Part shown: positions 1 to 12,641 of the stretch, piece by piece
Position numbering within the stretch: the stretch's first letter is position 1
Layout: each line of letters begins with the position of its first letter
Assembly: GCA_030390025.1 (NCBI GenBank)
Contig: CM059433.1
Coordinates: 21,454,001-21,518,000, forward strand
From: Squalus acanthias
Lineage: Eukaryota
Reading direction: 5' to 3'
DNA length: 64,000 nt
Position numbers and translations under genes: made by a program
Notes under the pieces: generated by a model
Databases searched by the model: none
What the model saw: only the letters and a program-made list of their open reading frames with translations
Told to the model about the DNA's origin: nothing

Positions 1-265
1 GCTCCAAGGCATCTGATACACTTACTGTAACAACCCAAAAAAATTACTTAACGAACCCTTGATCTGACTTGTTTTCAGGCACAATAGAGGGACAAAAACC
101 ACAACTGCCCTAAAATACGAGGGTACGCATGCCTCCAACTGAATCCTGTTCACCAACCTGAAAATTAATTTAACATTTCAAAGGAATAAACACGGCAATG
201 CCAGTCACACTGTTGTGATGGTACATAAATAATAGAACAGGTGTCAGAATAGCACAATAGATGTC

Positions 266-1218
266 ATAGAATCATAGCATGATACAGCAGAGAAGGAGGC
301 CATTTGTCCATGGTACCTGCGCTGGCTTTTTGAAAGAGCTATCCAATTAGTCCCACTCCCTTACTCTTTCCCCACAGCCCTGTAAATTTTTCCCCATCAG
401 GTATTTATCCAATTCTCTTTTGAAAGTTAATATTGAATCTGCTTCCACCACCCTTTCAGGCAGTGCATTCCAGATCACAACAGCTCACTGTGTAAAAATG
501 TTTTTTCTCATGTCACCACTGGTTCTTTTGCCAATCACTTTAAATCTGTGTCTTCTGGTTATCGACCCTTCTGCCACTGGAAACAGTTTCTCCTTATTTA
601 CTCTATCAAAACCCTTCTATCAAATCTTCCCTTAACCTTCTCTGCTCTAAGGAGAACAACCCCAGTTTCTCTAGTCTCTTCTCATAACTGAAGTCCTTCA
701 TCCCTGGTACCATTCTCATAAATCTCCTCTGCACCCTCTCCAAGGACTTGACATCCTTCCTAAAGCATAGTGCCCAGAATTGGACACAATACTCCAGCTG
801 GGGCCTAACCAGTGTTTTATAAAGATTTAGCAGAGCTTCTTTGCTTTTGTACTCTATGACCCGTATTTTGTGGCTCCTGCGGGTACGTATGAGGTGTGCA
901 TGCGCCTGTAGGGGCCATGCAAGTTCTGGGTTTAGGCATGTGAAGCGCATGCGCTAAAACTCGGAACTTGTGATCTGTCAGGATAGGTACATAATTGATC
1001 CTACCCTTCCTTTGACTACCCTTTTACTACTTATATGTTTATAAAAGATGTTTGGGTTCCCTTTTATGTTACCGGCTAATCTATTCTCATGCACTCTCTT
1101 TGACCCTCTTATTTCCTTTTTCAGTTCTCCTCTGTACTTTCTGTATTTAGCTTGGTTCTCTACTGATTTGTGAACCTGACATTTATCATAAGCCTCCATT
1201 TTTTGTTTCATTTAATCT
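266..1218 (-). mobile_element. CR1 LINE fragments (3' end plus an upstream ORF2 piece) separated by a ~120-bp MITE-end fragment at ~860-985
   Basis: ORF 606-950 has the CR1 RT C-terminus (LYKTLVRPQLEYCVQFW..LGLFSLEQRRLR). ORF 978-1211 matches the APE-RT linker. Microsatellite-like tail at ~266. Confidence 0.85.
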
Positions 1219-1222
1219 CATT

Positions 1223-1990
1223 GGACCGGATTTTGCTGTAGGAAAAACCAGTGAGGCTATCAGTGCTCATGTTATTAAAGAGTAAATCGGACAGCAATTT
1301 CCGGCGACCGCACATGCACAGTTAAAAGTTGAAATCAGGAAGTTGCTGTCCGAGTTGCCCTGCTCTTCCAGAAACTGCGTATGTCGCCGAGAGACTCAGC
1401 ATTTAAATACATGGAAGGGTGTGAAGTTGCTGTACTTACCTGATATTTACACACTAAACTCGCCAGAAAAAGTTAGGGCTTGTCCATTCCAGTGTAAGTA
1501 AATTTTAATGCCATGCTAAGTCTTAATTACTGCCAAACAACCTCTCTGGCCCTGAAAATTAACTTTTACAAGTGTGGCGACTCATTCCTTCAGATTTCAA
1601 TTATTGTTGGAAATGTAAAAAAAAATTAAAGAAATCTTTTTAATCTTTTTCTTTCTATCTCTTTTATCTCTCTCTTAATCCCATCTTTCTTTCCCTCTTT
1701 ATTTTGCTTTCTGTACCTGACTTGACATTAAATTAAATATTCCAACTCGCACTTCCTGGTTCAGACTCTGTGCTGCTCATTAATGATTCTTCAATCTGAT
1801 TGGTTAAGGAGATGCACAGTTACTTGCCCTGTTCACACAGGTCCCAGATCCCCTATAGAGGGCGCCACACTGTTTTGGCTCTCTAATTTACAGTAAGTTC
1901 CAGTGAAAAATTACCAAGAAAGTCTGGGCAAGTGCAAGTGTAATGAATGACTGGTGCTGTTCATTCGCCACTGACCACAAAATCCGGCCC
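1223..1990. mobile_element. Non-autonomous TIR element (Harbinger-like MITE)
   Basis: TIR ggaccggattttg ... caaaatccggccc; AT-rich core; related to 42150-42897. Confidence 0.75.
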
Positions 1991-2119
1991 TATAACTTTA
2001 GTCATCCAAGGAGCTCTAACATTGGATATCCTTCCTTTCTACCTTGTGGGAATGTGTCTAGTCTATACCTGAAGTAGCTTCTCTTTGACGGCCTCCCATT
2101 GCTCATTTATTGTTCACTC

Positions 2120-2470
2120 TCACATGGGTTCATCCCCCACTCCAGCATTTGAGCACATAATCTAAACTGACATTTCAGTGCAGTACTGAGGGAGTGCTGC
2201 ACTCTCAGAGATGCTGTTTTTTCAGATAAGACATTAAACCCTGTCTACCCTTCAGGTGGATGTAAAAGAAGCCATGGCACGATTTGAATAAGAGCAGCGG
2301 AGTTCTCCTGGTTTTCCTGGTCAATATTTATCCCTTAAGCAACATTATTAAAATAGATTATTTCGTCAATTATCCCATTGCTGTTTGTGCGAGTTTGCTG
2401 TGTGCAAATTGGCTGCTGTATTTCCCTAAATTACAACAGTAGCTGCACTTCAAAATAAACATCATTGGCT
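2120..2470 (+). mobile_element. DeuSINE (SacSINE1/AmnSINE1-like)
   Basis: Deu-domain-like core gatgtaaaaga..ccatggcac.atttgaa.aagagcag.ggagttctcc..tcctggtcaatatttatccc, repeated in other copies in this window. Confidence 0.75.
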
Positions 2471-3381
2471 CAGTTAATAACAGACAGAGAAATATCATAT
2501 GAACATGTCAAACTATTATCCGCTAAGATCTCCAACAGTTATTTGTAACCTCTATTACTGTGTCCCAGTGTTGCTGTTGAACACCAATTAGTTTCTGACA
2601 AAAAACACCAGCATTTAGAGAGTGTATATACATATAGAATCATGGGGAAAAAGGAGTTTCATTTTTGTTTTCGAGGGTATATTATTATTTGATTTGATTT
2701 TCTCCTCAATACCGGCCATTGGCATTGTTCATTAAGTGCATAAGCCTAGCCCCATGAAGATTTCTCATCCAATATTTCCTCCCTCAACCATGCAAGGAAG
2801 TGCCTGGTCCCTTGTTGAGGTAGAATTGCAGAAATTAGGGACTTAGTGAAGTGAAGTGAATCACCACACATTTGTGAAACTAAAGTCACATAATTACATC
2901 TACACTTTCGGCTGAAGGTCTGCATGATATGCTCCAAGGAGTGTGTTATGTAATTGCTTTTGTACCCTGTCATTTGAGACTAATTATGTTAAGTTGCACC
3001 GGGAAAGATCATCTTATTGTGAGTATTTTCAGAGTAATTACACTGCACAACTACATACACGTTTAGGATGAGTGAAAATTCCATACCTGAAGGTATCATA
3101 CTTCTAGCAAGCCAGGACAACCCATGTCACCAGTGAGAAAGTACGAGACAGTTCTAGCTCCTATAGAGAAAGTGAGATGTAGGCCAAAATGTAAGTGATT
3201 GCCTCTTCTGCGTGCTTCCTGGCCTGACTGTTTGCTTGCCTACCCAGCCCAAATGGTTCTTGGCCCACTTGCTCCAAGTGTATCCTAATCTGCTGACTCA
3301 CTCAGCTACCCTTGTGCTTCTCTGCCTGCTTAGGTATGGAAGAGGAGAGAAAAATAAAATGAGAGCTGGAGGAGAAATAAT

Positions 3382-4078
3382 GGCCCAGATTTTCTGGAAC
3401 CTATGACCACGTACACTGTGTGCACCGCAAGTTCCAGGTTTCCGCGTGCGATGTGCAAAAACCTGGAACTTGCGATCTGTCAAGGTTCAGCTTGGCAGAT
3501 CCACCGCATCCCTGGGAAAAGGGCATCCGCGGGTGGAGAGTTGAGCTATTTGCCCAACTACTGCCCAGCGAATGCCCGTGAAACTCTTATGCCTGGTAAA
3601 AGCAGGCGTAAGGTCTTCTTTTACCAATGTAAGAGTTTAAACATAAAAATACCTTTAAAATTAGTTTAGGTTATTTTTAGCCCTTTTAAAACGTTTACAT
3701 TTATTTTTCAAAAAATTACATTTTTGTTTTAATTTGCATTTTAATTAATTTTAAACGTGTTTATTTTTATTTAACTAGTGTGTAATTGTGTTTATTAAGT
3801 GATTCCTATTCATGCTTATGGGGATTCTGTACGTAAATGGAATCCCCATAAGCATAATGGGGATCCCCCTTTCTGATTGGTTGGGCCGGCCCACGTGATC
3901 CCAGGGACGCTTGCGAACTGCGTGCGCCCCTGGGATACATGGGCCTTTACGCAGGCGTACCCCTGCAGGCCCAGGATCGCAAGTGTCTGACCCTCCGGGA
4001 CCATCAGGTAGGTTCGTACTTTACTTGCGGTTCGGAGGCATTCGCCCGCAGGAAGCCTCCGACCGCAAATTCAGGCCC
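3382..4078. mobile_element. Harbinger-like MITE, family A (opposite orientation to 11387, 19544, 59346)
   Basis: TIR ggcccagatttt ... aaattcaggccc; flanks AAT/AGT; GC-rich ends, AT-rich centre; homologous to the other family A copies. Confidence 0.85.
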
Positions 4079-4379
4079 AGTAAGTGATGAAGCAGAATGA
4101 GAACTAAGAGAGTGTGAGAAATGAAGGAGGATAAAATGGATCAAGAAGTAAAGGAGAAAGACAGAAGTGAAGTCAGTGAGAAACACAAGTTGAGGAGATG
4201 CCATAATGGAGAAGGAGAGAGAAAGAAAAGTAAATGAAGGGAGAAAGAACAGGTGAAGCGGAGGAGAAGAAATGCTACAGTGAAGGAGGAGGAGAGAAAG
4301 GGAGAATTTTTGCAAATTTAACAGTAACATTATTCACAGGTGGAAGGGTATGAGAGGTTGAGAGTTTTTTTAGTGGGGG

Positions 4380-5085
4380 TAAGGCAGCACTCGCCCTGGT
4401 GTACTCTACAGCGGAGTACTGCTCCCCGGCATGGCTATCAAGTCCGCATGTCAAACCCATTGATGTCCAGCTGAATTCTACTATGAGAATTATCACCGGT
4501 GCGCTTTTATCGACACCAAAACCTTGGCTGCCCGTGCTTGCAAACGCCGCACCACTGCACCTACGCCGCGAATATGCAATCTCCAGAGAATACAACCTCT
4601 ACACCAGCAAAGACATTCCGATCCAGGCCGACTTGTCCAACCTACCACCAACCCGTCTCAAATCTAGGCGGCCATTTTGGACCATCGCCGAAGCCCTTCA
4701 GCGATCTCCCCTCAGCCTTGATGACCGATGGCGAAATGCTTGGAAGAACTGCGACATACGGAATGGATTCCTTATAGAGGACCCCACAGTACAACCTGAA
4801 GGATCAAACCTGCCTCGCAAACAGTGGACAACCATCGACCGCCTCAGAACCAGTCATGGTAGATGCTGCCACCTTCTTCATAGATTGAAGATTAAATCAT
4901 CCCCCTCATGTGACTGTGGAGCTCCTAATCAGACCCTGGAGCACATCATTGAGCACTGTCCTCAGAGGAAATTCGCAGGCAGCCTACAAGATATCCACGT
5001 TGTTACACTGGAAGCTTTGGCCTGGATATCTGACTTAGATATTGACATTTGATTTGTTTTGCTACTACCATATGAAAGAAGAAGA
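4380..5085 (+). mobile_element. 5'-truncated Vingi/Ingi-group non-LTR retrotransposon with intact ORF C-terminus
   Basis: Open frame to 5052 (ALALVYSTAEYCSPAW..RIITGA..RLRTSHGR..CDCG..QTLEHIIEHCP, CCHC finger, no RNase H); (GAA)n tail; TSD AGTGGGGG at 4372-4379 and 5086-5093. Confidence 0.75.
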
Positions 5086-5764
5086 AGTGGGGGCCATCCC
5101 AAAAAAGCTTTAGAACTACTGAATTTACTATCAAGGATGACACCTTGCTACAGCAAATTATGAACAAAGGCAGCCTTGAAAATACAAAAACAAAATGTTC
5201 TGCTCCAGAGCTTTAGGCTTTTGCTGCAATAAAATTGGGTATGCTGAAACCTGGCCTGTCCAAAGAGGTGCAGTGCCCAAACTTTAATTGTGTTTGCTAC
5301 CCTCTGCCTGCGCTTTCTCTGCAACACTTCTTGCCCACTGCCCGAAACTTATCACTGCTGCTGTCTCTGCCGCAATCCAGCTTGGTATCTGTGTGGTGCT
5401 CTTGTTGTGCTCTGATCCCAAACTTGCCCACTCCTGAACCTGGGTCATTATTCAGAGCTATGCCTATACTTAGAGTCCAAACGAGTTTTCTTGACTGCTT
5501 TTAGGCACACACTCTGATCTCCCCCTCACTGGTCCTCAAAGCATCAACCCTTCAGTGCTCCAGGAAACCCTGAGTACTTCATCCTCACCTCCCTCTCTAT
5601 GCTTGCAGCCTCCACCTCCATGCTTCCAGAACCAACGTTCACCCCTCAGTGTTCCTAGACACCTGTGGTGCATCTAGTCCCCTTCACCTCAGTGTTGCTC
5701 TTCCACTGCTCTTACCCCTCCCAATACTTACACACCCCAACTCACCACACACCTCCCATCTACA

Positions 5765-8287
5765 ATGAAGACAAATGTAGGTCCCTTACAGTCAGAAACG
5801 AGAGAATTTATAATGGGGAACAAGGAAATGGCTGAGCAATTAAACAAATACTTTGGTTCTGTCTTCACAGAAGAGGACATAAATGACTTCCCAGAAATGC
5901 TAGGAAACCAAAGGTCTAGTGAGAAGGAGGAATTAAAGGAAATTAGTATTAGTAAAAAAATAGTGCTGGAGAAATTAATGGAACTGAAAGCTGATAAATC
6001 CCCAGGGCCTGATAATCTGCATCCCAGAGTACTAAAAGAGGTAGCCATGGAAATAGTGGATGCATTGGTTGTCATCTTCCAAAATTCTATAGATTATGGA
6101 ACAGTTCCTGCAGATTGGAGGGTGGCAAATGTAACCCCACTATTTAAAAAAGGAGAGAGAGAGAAAACAGGGAACTACAGACCAGTTAGCCTAACATCAG
6201 TAGTAGGGAAAATGCTAGAGTCTATTGTAAAGGATGTGATAACAGAACACTTAGAAAATATCGATGGGATTAGACAAAGTCAACATGGATTTATGAAAGG
6301 GAAATCGTGTTTGACAAACCTACTGGAGTTTTTTGAGGATGTAACTGGTAGAATAGATAAGGGAGAACCAGTGGATATGGTGTATTTGGATTTTCAGAAG
6401 GCCTTTGATAAAGTCCCACACAAGAGGTTAGTGTGTAAAATTAAAGCACATGGGATTGGGGGTAATATACTGGCATGGATTGAAAATTGGTTAACAGACA
6501 GGAAACAGAGAGTAGGAATAAATGGGTCTTTTTCGGGGTGGCAGGCAGTGACTAGTGGGGTACCGCAGGGATCAGTGCTTGGGCCCCAGCTATTCACAAT
6601 ATATATCAATGATTTGGATGAGGGAACCGAATGTAATATTTCCAAGTTTGCTGATGACATGAAACTAGGTGGGATTGTGAGTTGTGAGGAGGATGCAAAG
6701 AGGCTTCAAGGTGATTTAGAAAAGTTGAGTGAGTGGGCAAATACATGGCAGATGCAGTATAACGTGGATAAATGTGAAGTTATCCACTTCGGTAGGAAAA
6801 ACAGAAAGGTAGAGTATTATTTAAATGGTGATAGATTGGGAAATGCTGATGTACAAAGGGACCTGGGTGTCCTTGTACACCAGTCACTGAAAGCAAACAT
6901 GCAGGTGCAGCAATAAAAACAGAAAATGCTGGAGATACTCAGCAGGCCAGGCAGCATCTGTGAAGAGTCGATGACCTTTCGTCAGAACTGGAAAAAAAGC
7001 AGGAAGTGGAACAGATTTTTAAGCAAGTGTAGGAGCTGGGAAAGGGGGGAGGGGATGAAAGAACAAAAGGGAAGGTCTGTGATAGGATAGAAGGCAGGAG
7101 AGGTTAAGAGACATTAAGAGATATTCAAGGCAAAAGGAGAAAGGAGATGGTAATGGGACAGGTTAAGAAACAAAGAATGTCTCTAGATGAAGTGTAAATT
7201 GCGCTGGCAGAATGAAAGACAGCTGCCATGTGGGAGAGAAGAAAAGAAAACACAAACAAAAAAAAAGTGTGGAAAAAAATATATATGATAGGGGCCGAGG
7301 TTATGATCTGAAATTGTTGAACTCTATGTTGAGGCCAGAAGGCTGTAAAGTGCCTAATCAAAAGATGAGGTGCTGTTCATCGAGCTTACGTTGAGCTTCA
7401 GTGGAACAATGTAAGAGGCCGAGGACGGTGAGGTCTGAGTGGGAGTGGAGCAGAGAATTAAAGTGACAGGCGACCGGAAGCTTGGGGTCCCCTTTACGGA
7501 CTTCTGCCCTCACCCCTGCCCCTCCCTCCCAGAACCACGATAGGGCTCCCCTTGTCCTCACCTTTCACCCCACCAGCCTCCACATTCAACGGATCATCCT
7601 CCGCCATTTCCGCCACCTCCAGCGTGATCCCACCACCAAACACATCTTCCCCTCACCTCCCCTTTCAGCATTCCGAAGGGACCGCTCCCTCCATGACACC
7701 CTGGTCCACTCCTCTATCACCCCCAACACCCCTTCCCCTTCACCTTCCCGTGCAAGCGCAGGAGATGCAACACATGCCCTTATACCTCCTCCCTTCCCAC
7801 TGTCCAGGGCCCCAAACACCCCTTCCAGGTGAAACAGCGATTTACTTGTACTTCTTGCAATTTAGTATACTGTATTCGCTGCTCACGATGCGGTCTCCTC
7901 TACATTGGGGAGACCAAACGCAGGAGCGGAGAATTAAAGTGACAGGCGACCGGAAGCTCGGGGTCCCCCTTACGGACTGAACGAACGAGGGGTCACAGTC
8001 TCAGGATATGGGGTAGGACATTTAGGACTGAGATGAGGAGAAATTTCTTCACTCAGAGGGTGGTGAACCTGTGGAATTCTCTACCACAGAAGGCTGTGGA
8101 GGCCAAGTCACTGAATATATTTAAGAAGGAGATAGATAGATTTCTAGACACAAAAGGCATCAAGGGGTATGGGGAGAGAGCGGGAATATGGTATTGAGAT
8201 AGAGGATCAGCCATGATCATATTGAATGGCGGAGCAGGCTCAAAGGGCCGAATGGCCTACCCCTGCTCCTATGTTTCTATGTTTCTA
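5765..8287 (+). mobile_element. 5'-truncated CR1 LINE (RT, FADD motif) interrupted by a Penelope-like insertion
   Basis: ORF 5765-6916 is CR1 RT ([28 protein letters not shown]). CR1 resumes at ~7985 (TRGHSL..) and ends in a (tatgtttc)n tail at 8287. Confidence 0.95.
6912..7984. mobile_element. Rearranged Penelope-like element fragment (GIY-YIG endonuclease region and 3' terminal repeat)
   Basis: + segment ~7497-7922 encodes PLVLTFHP..IFPSPPLSAFRRDRSL and, in other frames, C..RCNTC and NLVYCIRCSRCGLLYIGETKR (GIY-YIG). Minus segments 6912-7502 and 7923-7984 encode PVACHFNS and the 3' terminus shared with 17401 and 41358. Confidence 0.88.
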
Positions 8288-8713
8288 CCATCTCCCAGTG
8301 CAGCTTGAAGAATCAGGCACAGAAGGTGACAGTTATGATTTTCCGGTGACTAAAATTAATCAGCGGAAAATCACAAAGGGCAGACAAACCACACCAACTT
8401 TGCAATAACAATCCCAGGGACTGAAGCTCCATGTTAGTTGCAGTACCCCTCAAAATTTACCCTGTGGAATACATCAGTAGCTGGAAGATATGGTGGGGAG
8501 TGCAAATAAATAAAGTGGCTCCTTATATCTCATTAAGCTGTTGTGGGAGATGACCTTATGTGGATTTTGACCAATGCCTTATTAAAGGTGATATGAAACA
8601 CATGCAACGCTGTCTTGATCCTTCTAGTGGAAAATCACATTTGTGAAAATGCCTATAGTTCGCAGCACTGACTGAACAATTAAAAAAACATTTTATTTCT
8701 ATATTTTTGGTGC

Positions 8714-8920
8714 ACAACAGCAACTTGCATTTACATAGCACCTTTAACGTAGTAAAGCATCTCAAGGTGTTTCACAGGAGCGTTATCAAACAAAATATGA
8801 CACCATCCTGCAGGTATTAGGATGGGCGACAAGATAGGTTTTAGGAGCTTCTTCAAGGAGGAGAGAGAGGTGGAGAGGTTTAGGGAGGGAATTCCAGAGC
8901 TTAGGGCCTTGGGAGCTGAA
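8714..8920 (-). mobile_element. L2 LINE 3' end
   Basis: Same 3' end as 25786-26245 (GPKLWNSLP, tail aaatgcaagttg(ttg)n). Confidence 0.75.
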
Positions 8921-8957
8921 ATAATTTAATATATATTGTGCAAATTCATCACCGGGA

Positions 8958-10698
8958 AGAAACATAGAAACATAGAAGATAGGAGCAGGAGTAGGCCATT
9001 CGGTCCCTCGAGCCTGCTCCGCCATTCAATGCGATCATGGCTGATCATCCAAATTCAGAACTCTGTCCCTGCTTTCTCCCCATATCCCTTGATCCCTTTA
9101 GCCTTAAGAAATATATCCAACTCCTTCTTGAATATATTTAATGAATTGGCCTCTACTGCTTTCTGTGGTAGAGAATTCCACAGGTTCACCACTCTCTGGA
9201 TGAAGAAATTCCTCCTCATTTCTGTCCTAAATGGCTTACCCCTTATCCTTAGACTGTGACCCCTGGTTCTGGACTCCCCGAACATCGAGAACATCCTTCC
9301 TGCATCGAGTCTGTCCAGTCCTTTCAGAATTTTATAAGTTTCAATGAGATCCCCTCTCATTCTTCTAAACTCCAGCGAGTATAAGCCCAATCGACCCAAT
9401 GTCTTCTCATACGTCATTCCTGCCATCCCAGGTATCAGCCTGGTGAATCTTCGCTGAACTCCTTCCATGGCAAGAACCTCCTTCCTCAGATAAGGTGACC
9501 AAAACTGCACACAATACTCAAGATGTGGTCTCACCAAGGCCCTGTACAACTGCAGCAAGACATCCTTGTTCCTGTACTCAAACCCTCTCGCTACGAAGGC
9601 CAACATACCATTTGCCTTCTTAACCGTCTGCTGCACCTGCATGCTTACCTTCAGTGACTGGTGCACAAGGACACCCAGGTCTCGTTGCACTTCCCCTTCT
9701 CCCAATCTATTGCCATTCAGATAATAATCTGCCTTCCTGTTTTTGACATCAAAGTGGATAACCTCGCATTTATCCACGTTATATTGCATCTGCCATGCTT
9801 CTGCCCAATCACCCAACCAGTCCAAATCATCCTGGAGTTTCTCGGCATTCTCCTCACAGCACACACGCCCACCCAGCTTTGTGTCGTCTGCAAACTTGGA
9901 GATATTACATCTAGTTCCCTTGTCTAGATCATTAATATATATTGTGAATAGCTGGGGTCCAAGGACCGATCCCTGCGGTACCCCACTAGTCACTGCCTGC
10001 CACTCGGAAAAAAACCCGTTTATTCCAACTCTTTGCTTTCTGTCTGCCAACCAGTTCTCTATCCAAGTCAATACCTTGCCCCCAATCCCATGTGCCTTAA
10101 CTTTACACGCTAATCTCTTATGCGGGACCTTATCGAAAGCCTTTTGAAAGTCCAAATACACCACATCCACTGGTTCTCCCTTATCTATTTTACCAGTTAC
10201 ATCCTCAAAAAATTCCAGTAGATTAGTCAAGCACGATTTACCTTTTGTAAATCCATGTTGACTTTGTCCGATCCCGTCACTGTTTTCCAAGTGCTCTGCT
10301 ATTACATCTTTTATAATGGATTCTAGCATTTTCCCCACTACCGATGTCAGGCTTACCGGTCTGTAATTCCCCGTTTTCTCTCTACCACCTTTTTTGAATA
10401 GTGGGGTAACATTAGCTACCCTCCAATCCATGGGTATTGTTCCAGATTCCATCGAATGTTGGAAGATGATCAGCAATGCATCTACTATTTCTAGGGCCAC
10501 TTCCTTAAGTACCCTAGGATGTAGATTATCAGGCCCTGGGGATTTATCGGCCTTCAATCCCGCCAATTTCCCTAACACCATTTCCTTACAAATACTGATT
10601 TCTTTCAGTTCCTTCCTTTCAACAGACCCTATGTTCCCCGACATCTCTGGGAGGTTATTTGTGTCCTCCTTTGTGAAGACAGAACCAAAGTATGTATT
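8958..10698 (-). mobile_element. 5'-truncated CR1 LINE with uninterrupted 529-aa RT ORF (young copy)
   Basis: ORF 9055-10644 has complete RT motifs to the natural stop; (tatgtttc)n tail at 8958-8977. Confidence 0.96.
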
Positions 10699-11386
10699 TT
10701 GGAAGACATGACTATATTTAAATGTGGAAAATTAGATGTTCTGAATTTACCTGATCACTATCATTTTCCAAGAGGTGCATGTAACCACTCAATTGAAGTA
10801 ATTTTGAAGATGATGTATTATCCAGAAGATTTTCTTTTTCTATCTGATTATTTCCTCTCTTTATTTTAAATGCATATATCTATTTTGAGCTTTAACACAG
10901 TTAGATTCAGACAGTCTGTTGTATGTCACACATTGATATCTCGGGTGTGCATTGAGTAAGTTGGTCAGGCACTCGTGGTTGATGGCATTCTGTGAGAAAG
11001 TACCAGCAAGTTGTTAGTTGCAGCCAGCTAGCCAAGTGGGCATCCATCTCCCCCACCCCTTGCTGTGGGGTTCAAGATAGGATATTGCTTTCTTCTTCTC
11101 TTCTGTTCCACTGGCTGTGCTTGATTGGTCTCTTTTAAAAGTCATTGGGACGTCACTGGTGTGTTGAAAATTATATTTTTTTTATGTATAACACAATGAT
11201 GGCTGCAAGTCTACAATAAGTATCTGACACTATTGCAAAATGGAGGGTGTTGGGTGATTTCAGAAAAAGCAGGAGTGAAGCTAGAGTTTTTAAAACACAT
11301 CATGTGAACCCAGAGAGTGTGTTACAATCTTGAACATTCCTAATAGTGCAATACAGTTACTTTTCTAAAGAAGACAATTTCACAAT

Positions 11387-12156
11387 GGCCCGTAATTATC
11401 GATAGGAGGCTTCCCGCGTGCGGATGCCTCCTATCGGGAAAAAAATCGTCAAACTTACCAGAGGGCTCCTGAGGTCCGGACACTTCCGCTCCTGGGCCTC
11501 TCCACAGTCGAAATGCGCAGGGCTCACGTATCCCAAGGGCGCAGGCGGTTCGCAAGCGTCCCTGGGATCACATGGGCCAGGCGAGCCAATGAAAGAAGGG
11601 AATCAGGGGAATCACCCTTCATGCTTTTGACAGATAGATCTGTCAAAAGTATGAATGGAGATTACTCCAAAAAGACACTAAAACATTAAATAAATTTTTT
11701 AAAAATCATGTTTTTAAAATGAGTTAAAATTACATTAAATTAAATATTTTAAACAAAAATTTAATTTTTTGAAAAAAATAATTCAAGTATTTTACGGGGC
11801 TAAAAATAAACTTACCTTTTTTAAAAGTATTTTTAAATTATAAATGAGTGAAAAGAAAATATTTTTTTAACTTATTTAAACTCTTATGCTGGTAAAAGCA
11901 GGCCTTATACCTGCTTTTACCAGGTGTAAGATTTTTAAGTGATTTCAGCGGGCGGAGGTTCTGCAGAAAGCGGAACTCTCCCCCCGCAGAGGCCCTTCTC
12001 CAGGGCAGGCGTCCGATCTGTCAAGAGGATTCTTGACAGATCGGAAATGCCGGTTTTCAGCACATGCCCTTCGCATGCCTGAAACCGGCATTTCCGATGT
12101 CCCTACGGGTGTGTACACAGCCCGTACACACCCGTAGGGATCGGAAAATACGGGCC
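11387..12156. mobile_element. Harbinger-like MITE, family A
   Basis: TIR ggcccgtaatt ... aaaatacgggcc; flanks AAT/ATT; close homolog of 59346-60097. Confidence 0.87.
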
Positions 12157-12409
12157 ATTATGATGTTAACCTGGACTGGGATTATAAATGGGGTCAGCTT
12201 CCAACAAGAAGTTGCTTGACTGAGAAAAGAAACAACTCTCTGTTACAGATCTATAGTAATCCGGTTTTAATATATACATATACATACTGTAATTTAATAT
12301 CTTCCATTCACTTTAAAACCACCTCTTACCATCAAATGTCAATAGATAATGGAAAATAGATGATTAAATGCTTTATTGAGTATGAGGGTTTATTTTCTAT
12401 TGGGATCAT

Positions 12410-12527
12410 GAGAATACATAAGAAATAGGAGCAGGAGTAGGCCATACAGCCCATCGAGCCTGCTCCACCCTGCAATAAAATCATGGCTAAACTTCTACAT
12501 CAACGCCACTTTCCCACCCTATCCTCA
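12410..12527 (-). mobile_element. CR1 3' UTR fragment
   Basis: Reverse complement of the CR1 terminal hairpin and tail (ggagcaggagtaggcc..cgagcctgctcc). Confidence 0.75.
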
Positions 12528-12641
12528 TTAATAAGCAGCGCCACAACTACTGCCACCGGTGGGAATATCACCTCTGGAACGCATCTGGTTTAAAGTTGAA
12601 CCGGGGTTAAATTACGATGGCAGGTTGCATATACTTCGATT

